Assembly (NCBI GenBank): GCA_002269645.1
Contig: NIVC01000859.1
Span: 124,001 to 188,000 of the forward strand
DNA from: Macrostomum lignano
Taxonomy: Eukaryota
Length of the DNA: 64,000 bases
Direction of reading: 5' to 3'
In this document: piece after piece, positions 60,103 through 64,000 of the stretch
Numbering within the stretch: position 1 is the first letter of the stretch
Layout of the letters: each line of letters opens with the position of its first letter
Made by a program: the position numbers and the translations under genes
Notes under the pieces: model-generated
Told to the model about the DNA's origin: nothing
Databases searched by the model: none
The model's input: only the letters and a program-made list of their open reading frames with translations

Positions 60103-60649
60103 GTGAGTCGCTTTTGTCTATGGCAGTGAGCCAATATTGAGCAACCATTTTGGATAGCAAAGATGCAGTTAAGAGAAGTAAGGGAAGATTTTTTTTATTC
60201 AGACGTCAATCAACTTCACTTCCTGTCTGCCTCCGGCTGATTTCCTATCACACTATCGAGCAGAGTTATAGAATCATAGCTAATTGCGCACTGGAACCAC
60301 TTCATTCACCCTCTCTAACCCGCAAAAAATAAACTCGCATTTTAGCTGAAGAAAATTCACTTCCGTCACTGTATTATTATTGACTTCCTGCTTGCAGAGT
60401 TTTCTTGCCCAACTATTAATGCATGAAAACTGATTCTATTCTATTTCGTGCAACTTTTAGCTGCTGAGGAGACTTGAGAATGCTCAAAAAACTGTTTAAA
60501 TCAAAATCTTAGCTCATAGGTAGGCTGCTGAGCTTTTTAGGCTGATTGTCGTGAAGTAACTTCTAGACACCTTGATTGTGAACGAGAGATCCGGTTTTAA
60601 GAAACTTGCAACACTAAATAATAAACTCGAACAACGTAAATATAAAACT

Positions 60650-62210
60650 CGGAAACCTTAAACTTGGACACCTTAAAACTCGGAAATCCCAAATTATACT
60701 CGGACACCTTAAATACATTCGGACACCTTAAACATTCGAACACTTAAATAAAACTCGGACACCCTATCTAACACTCGGACACCCTAAATAACACTCGGAC
60801 ACCCTAAATAACACTTGTACACCCTAAATAACACTCGGACACCCTAAATAACACTCGGACACCTTAAATAACACTCAAACACCAATGATAACACACAGAC
60901 ATCCTAAATAACACTTAAAACACCCTAAATAGCACTCGAACACCCTAAGTAACACTCGGACACCCTAAATACACTCGGACACCCTAAATAACACTCGGAC
61001 ACCTTAAATAACACTCAAAAACCAATGATAACACACAGACATCCTAAATAACACTTAAAACACCCTAAATAGCACTCGAACACCCTAAATAACACTCGGA
61101 CACCCTAAAAAACACTTAAACACCCCAAATAGCACTCGGACACCCTAAGTAACACTCGGACAACCTAAATAACACTCGGACACCCAAAATAACACTTGTA
61201 CACCCTAAATAACACTCGGACACCCTAAGTAACACTCGAACACCCTAAATAACACTCGGACACCCTAAATAACACTCGGACACCTTAAATAACACTCAAA
61301 CACCAATGATAACACACAGACATCCTAAGTAACACTTAAAACACCCTAAATAGCACTCGAACACCCTAAGTAACACTCGGACAACCTAAATAACACTCGG
61401 ACACCCTAAATAACACTTAAACACCCCAAATAGCACTCGGACACCCTAAGTAACACTCGGACAACCTAAATAACACTCGGACACCCTAAATAACACTTGT
61501 ACACCCTAAATAACACTCGGACACCCTAAGTAACACTCGGACAACCTAAATAACACTCGGACACCCTAAGTAACACTCGGACAACCTAAATAACACTCGG
61601 ACACCCTAAGTAACACTCGGACACCCTAAATAACACTCAGACACCGTAACTAACATTCGGACATCCTAACTAATACTCAGACACCCTAAATAACACTCGG
61701 ACACCCTAAGTAACACTCGGAAAACCTAAATAACACTCGGACACCCTAAATAACACTTGTACACCCTAAATAACACTCGGACACCCTAAGTAACACTCGG
61801 ACAACCTAAATGACACTCGGACACCCTGAATAACACTCGGACACAAACTAACACTCGGACACCCTAAATAACACTCGGACACCGTAACTAACATTCGGAA
61901 ATCCTAACTAATACTCAGACACCCTAAATAACACTCGGACACCCTAAGTAACACTCGGACAACCTAAATAACACTCGGACACCCTAAGTAACACTCGGAC
62001 AACCTAAATAACACTCGGACACCCTAAATAACACTTGTACACCCTAAATAACACTCGGACACCCTAAGTAACACTCGGACAACCTAAATGACACTCGGAC
62101 ACCCTGAATAACACTCGGACACAAACTAACACTCGGACACCCTAAATAACACTCGGACACCGTAACTAACATTCGGAAATCCTAACTAATACTCGGACAC
62201 CCTAAACCAC
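60650..62210. repeat. 20-bp minisatellite ACACTCGGACACCCTAAATA with recurring variant blocks
   Basis: About 77 units. A block containing CACCAATGATAACACACAGACATCC recurs near 60880, 61015 and 61300. Confidence 0.95.
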
Positions 62211-63039
62211 ATTATGACACTTCAAGTAAGACGCCATAAAAATTGTACACCACAGAATCAATCAAGAACAACAGAAAAAATCAAACTCGAACACTTAATA
62301 TCAGAATCTATTCTTTGGACAAACAAATCTTTGACTTAGATATTAGCAATTAGAAGCATTTGTTTAAAGTATTTGTTAGAAGTGTGAGAAATATTTTCTG
62401 TGTTTTTACACCAGTTACTTTTATTGTGTATTTTTATATAGATTGGATGCAGGAATCCAATTAGTGAGCGGAGGGGGTTGCAAACCTTCTTAAGAATGAA
62501 AAGAAAATGATTGACATCAGTGAATAAGAGGCTCTTATTGAAGTGTACTCAGTAGTTCTACACTTTTTCTGAAAACTATTACCTGTATGGTTATAGTGTA
62601 GGGTTACTTGACGCATTTCATTAATCTACCTTAACCAACCTCTCAGCTACTTCAGGTCAGTTGAGTGTAACAAAAAATATGAGACTGAAAATCTCTCCTG
62701 ACCTCGCTGCATTGATTTATGGAGCATAATTAACTGTGCTCAGAATCCTTCAGTTATCGAGTGCTGTTTTTTTATACTGGGTTCTAAATAAATAAATAAA
62801 TAGTGAGTTACGGCGAAGATTTATGAGAGAGAGAAAGGGACAGCAGAGGAAATGGACTTAGTGCTAGTCGTAAGTCACCAGTCCTAGCTGGTATCTGATA
62901 GCCTACTATTCTCCTGTTCTTAAGCCTGTCATTAGCTTCATCTTGATAGATGAGACTTCTATAGGCCTGCTCGCTGTGTGGGCTGCTGGCTCTGTCTCCG
63001 GCTTGGGGCGCCTCTGCATACTCTCGTCTCTATATAACT

Positions 63040-63410
63040 CCTCCCTCACTACCTCTCCCTCTGCTCTCCCCCTCTGCTCTCTCCCTCCCTCTGCTCTCTC
63101 CCTCCATCTGCTCTCTCCCTCCCTCTCTGCTCTCTTCTACCTCTCCCTCTCCCTCTCTCCCTCCCCCTCTCCCTCTCCCTCTCCCTCTCCCTCTCCCTCT
63201 CCCTCTTCCCCTCTCCCTCTCCCTCTCCCTCTGCCTCTATCTCCCCTCCCCTCTCTCTCTCCCTCCCTCTCGAGTCTCCCTCTCCCTTTCTCCCTCTCTC
63301 CCTCTCCCTCTCTCCCTCTTCCTCTCTCCGTCTCTCTTCTCTCTCCCTCCTCCCTCTCGCTCTCCCTATATGCTATATCCCCCTCTCTCTCTCCCTCTTT
63401 CTCCCACTAT
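63040..63410. repeat. (CTCTCC)n-like polypyrimidine tract
   Basis: Direct observation. Confidence 0.9.
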
Positions 63411-64000
63411 TTACACATTGTCTTCTGTATGTCTTTTTGACTCCTACGAGCTATTTCAATAAAAAATAAGACAAATCTATACTCACTGCCTTTACTCTTG
63501 ACTAGTATAAATATTAGCTGTCTGTGTTAAGTAAAGGAAACATTAAGTAATGTTAATTTTACATTGCATGTATTGCCATTCTATTGCGTATATATGCACA
63601 GCACTGTGCTTATTTTCATGTGTCTGTAAGCTACAGTATCACACCTTATGTTTCCCTTACCTACCGCAGCCACACCCAAGTATGCGCATGCATTCATGCA
63701 TCTATTGTGCAAAAAAATTGTTCTGAAATCTATTTTTAGCATCAACATTTAGTCAGTCTGGTCTTACTGCCATAATTAGGCATGGGTTTTTACACCTGGA
63801 ATTTGTCGCAGATGGTATAGGTCTTCCCCTAAAGACAGGCAGACAGTCCGTGTTCATGTGATCATGGCTATCTAGATATGTAGAATTCTTTATTATTTGA
63901 AAAAGGGATTTTTTTAGAATGTGGAAATTTTGGACGTTTGTACTTATAGTAGTACTCTGTGTGTAACTTGAGCTTAAAAATCTTATAATTTTCTTTCTTG

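Noticed and set aside
62950-63030. Signal-peptide-like MRLL*ACSLCGLLALSPAWGA
   Set aside because: In-frame stop at codon 5, and it runs into a CT tract with no further coding support.

Overview
Animal genomic DNA: spliced genes, polyQ/polyA exons, dense minisatellites and transposons. An invertebrate such as a macrostomid flatworm is plausible but is only an inference. There are no prokaryotic features (no CRISPR, rRNA or tRNA seen). Two host genes are clear: the 5' part of TBCK (minus strand, running off the left edge) and a complete two-finger GATA1/2/3-class transcription factor (plus strand, coding exons 34964-46535, about 685 aa). A third, unidentified spliced gene probably starts at 54758. 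The standout element is an apparently intact 3,519-bp P-superfamily DNA transposon (26429-29947) with perfect 37-bp TIRs, a 7-bp TSD and an uninterrupted 941-aa THAP-DDE transposase ORF, about 4.5 kb upstream of the GATA gene. Also present: two full-length decayed mariners in near CpG-free domains (one with a nested MITE), several other MITEs, a probable solo LTR, a Helitron 3' end, a scrambled minus-strand mosaic of C-type lectin, F-box and LRR-like fragments, and about 25 tandem-repeat arrays. Most long ORFs in the track are translations of these repeats. All calls come from reading the sequence by eye; repeat boundaries are approximate.
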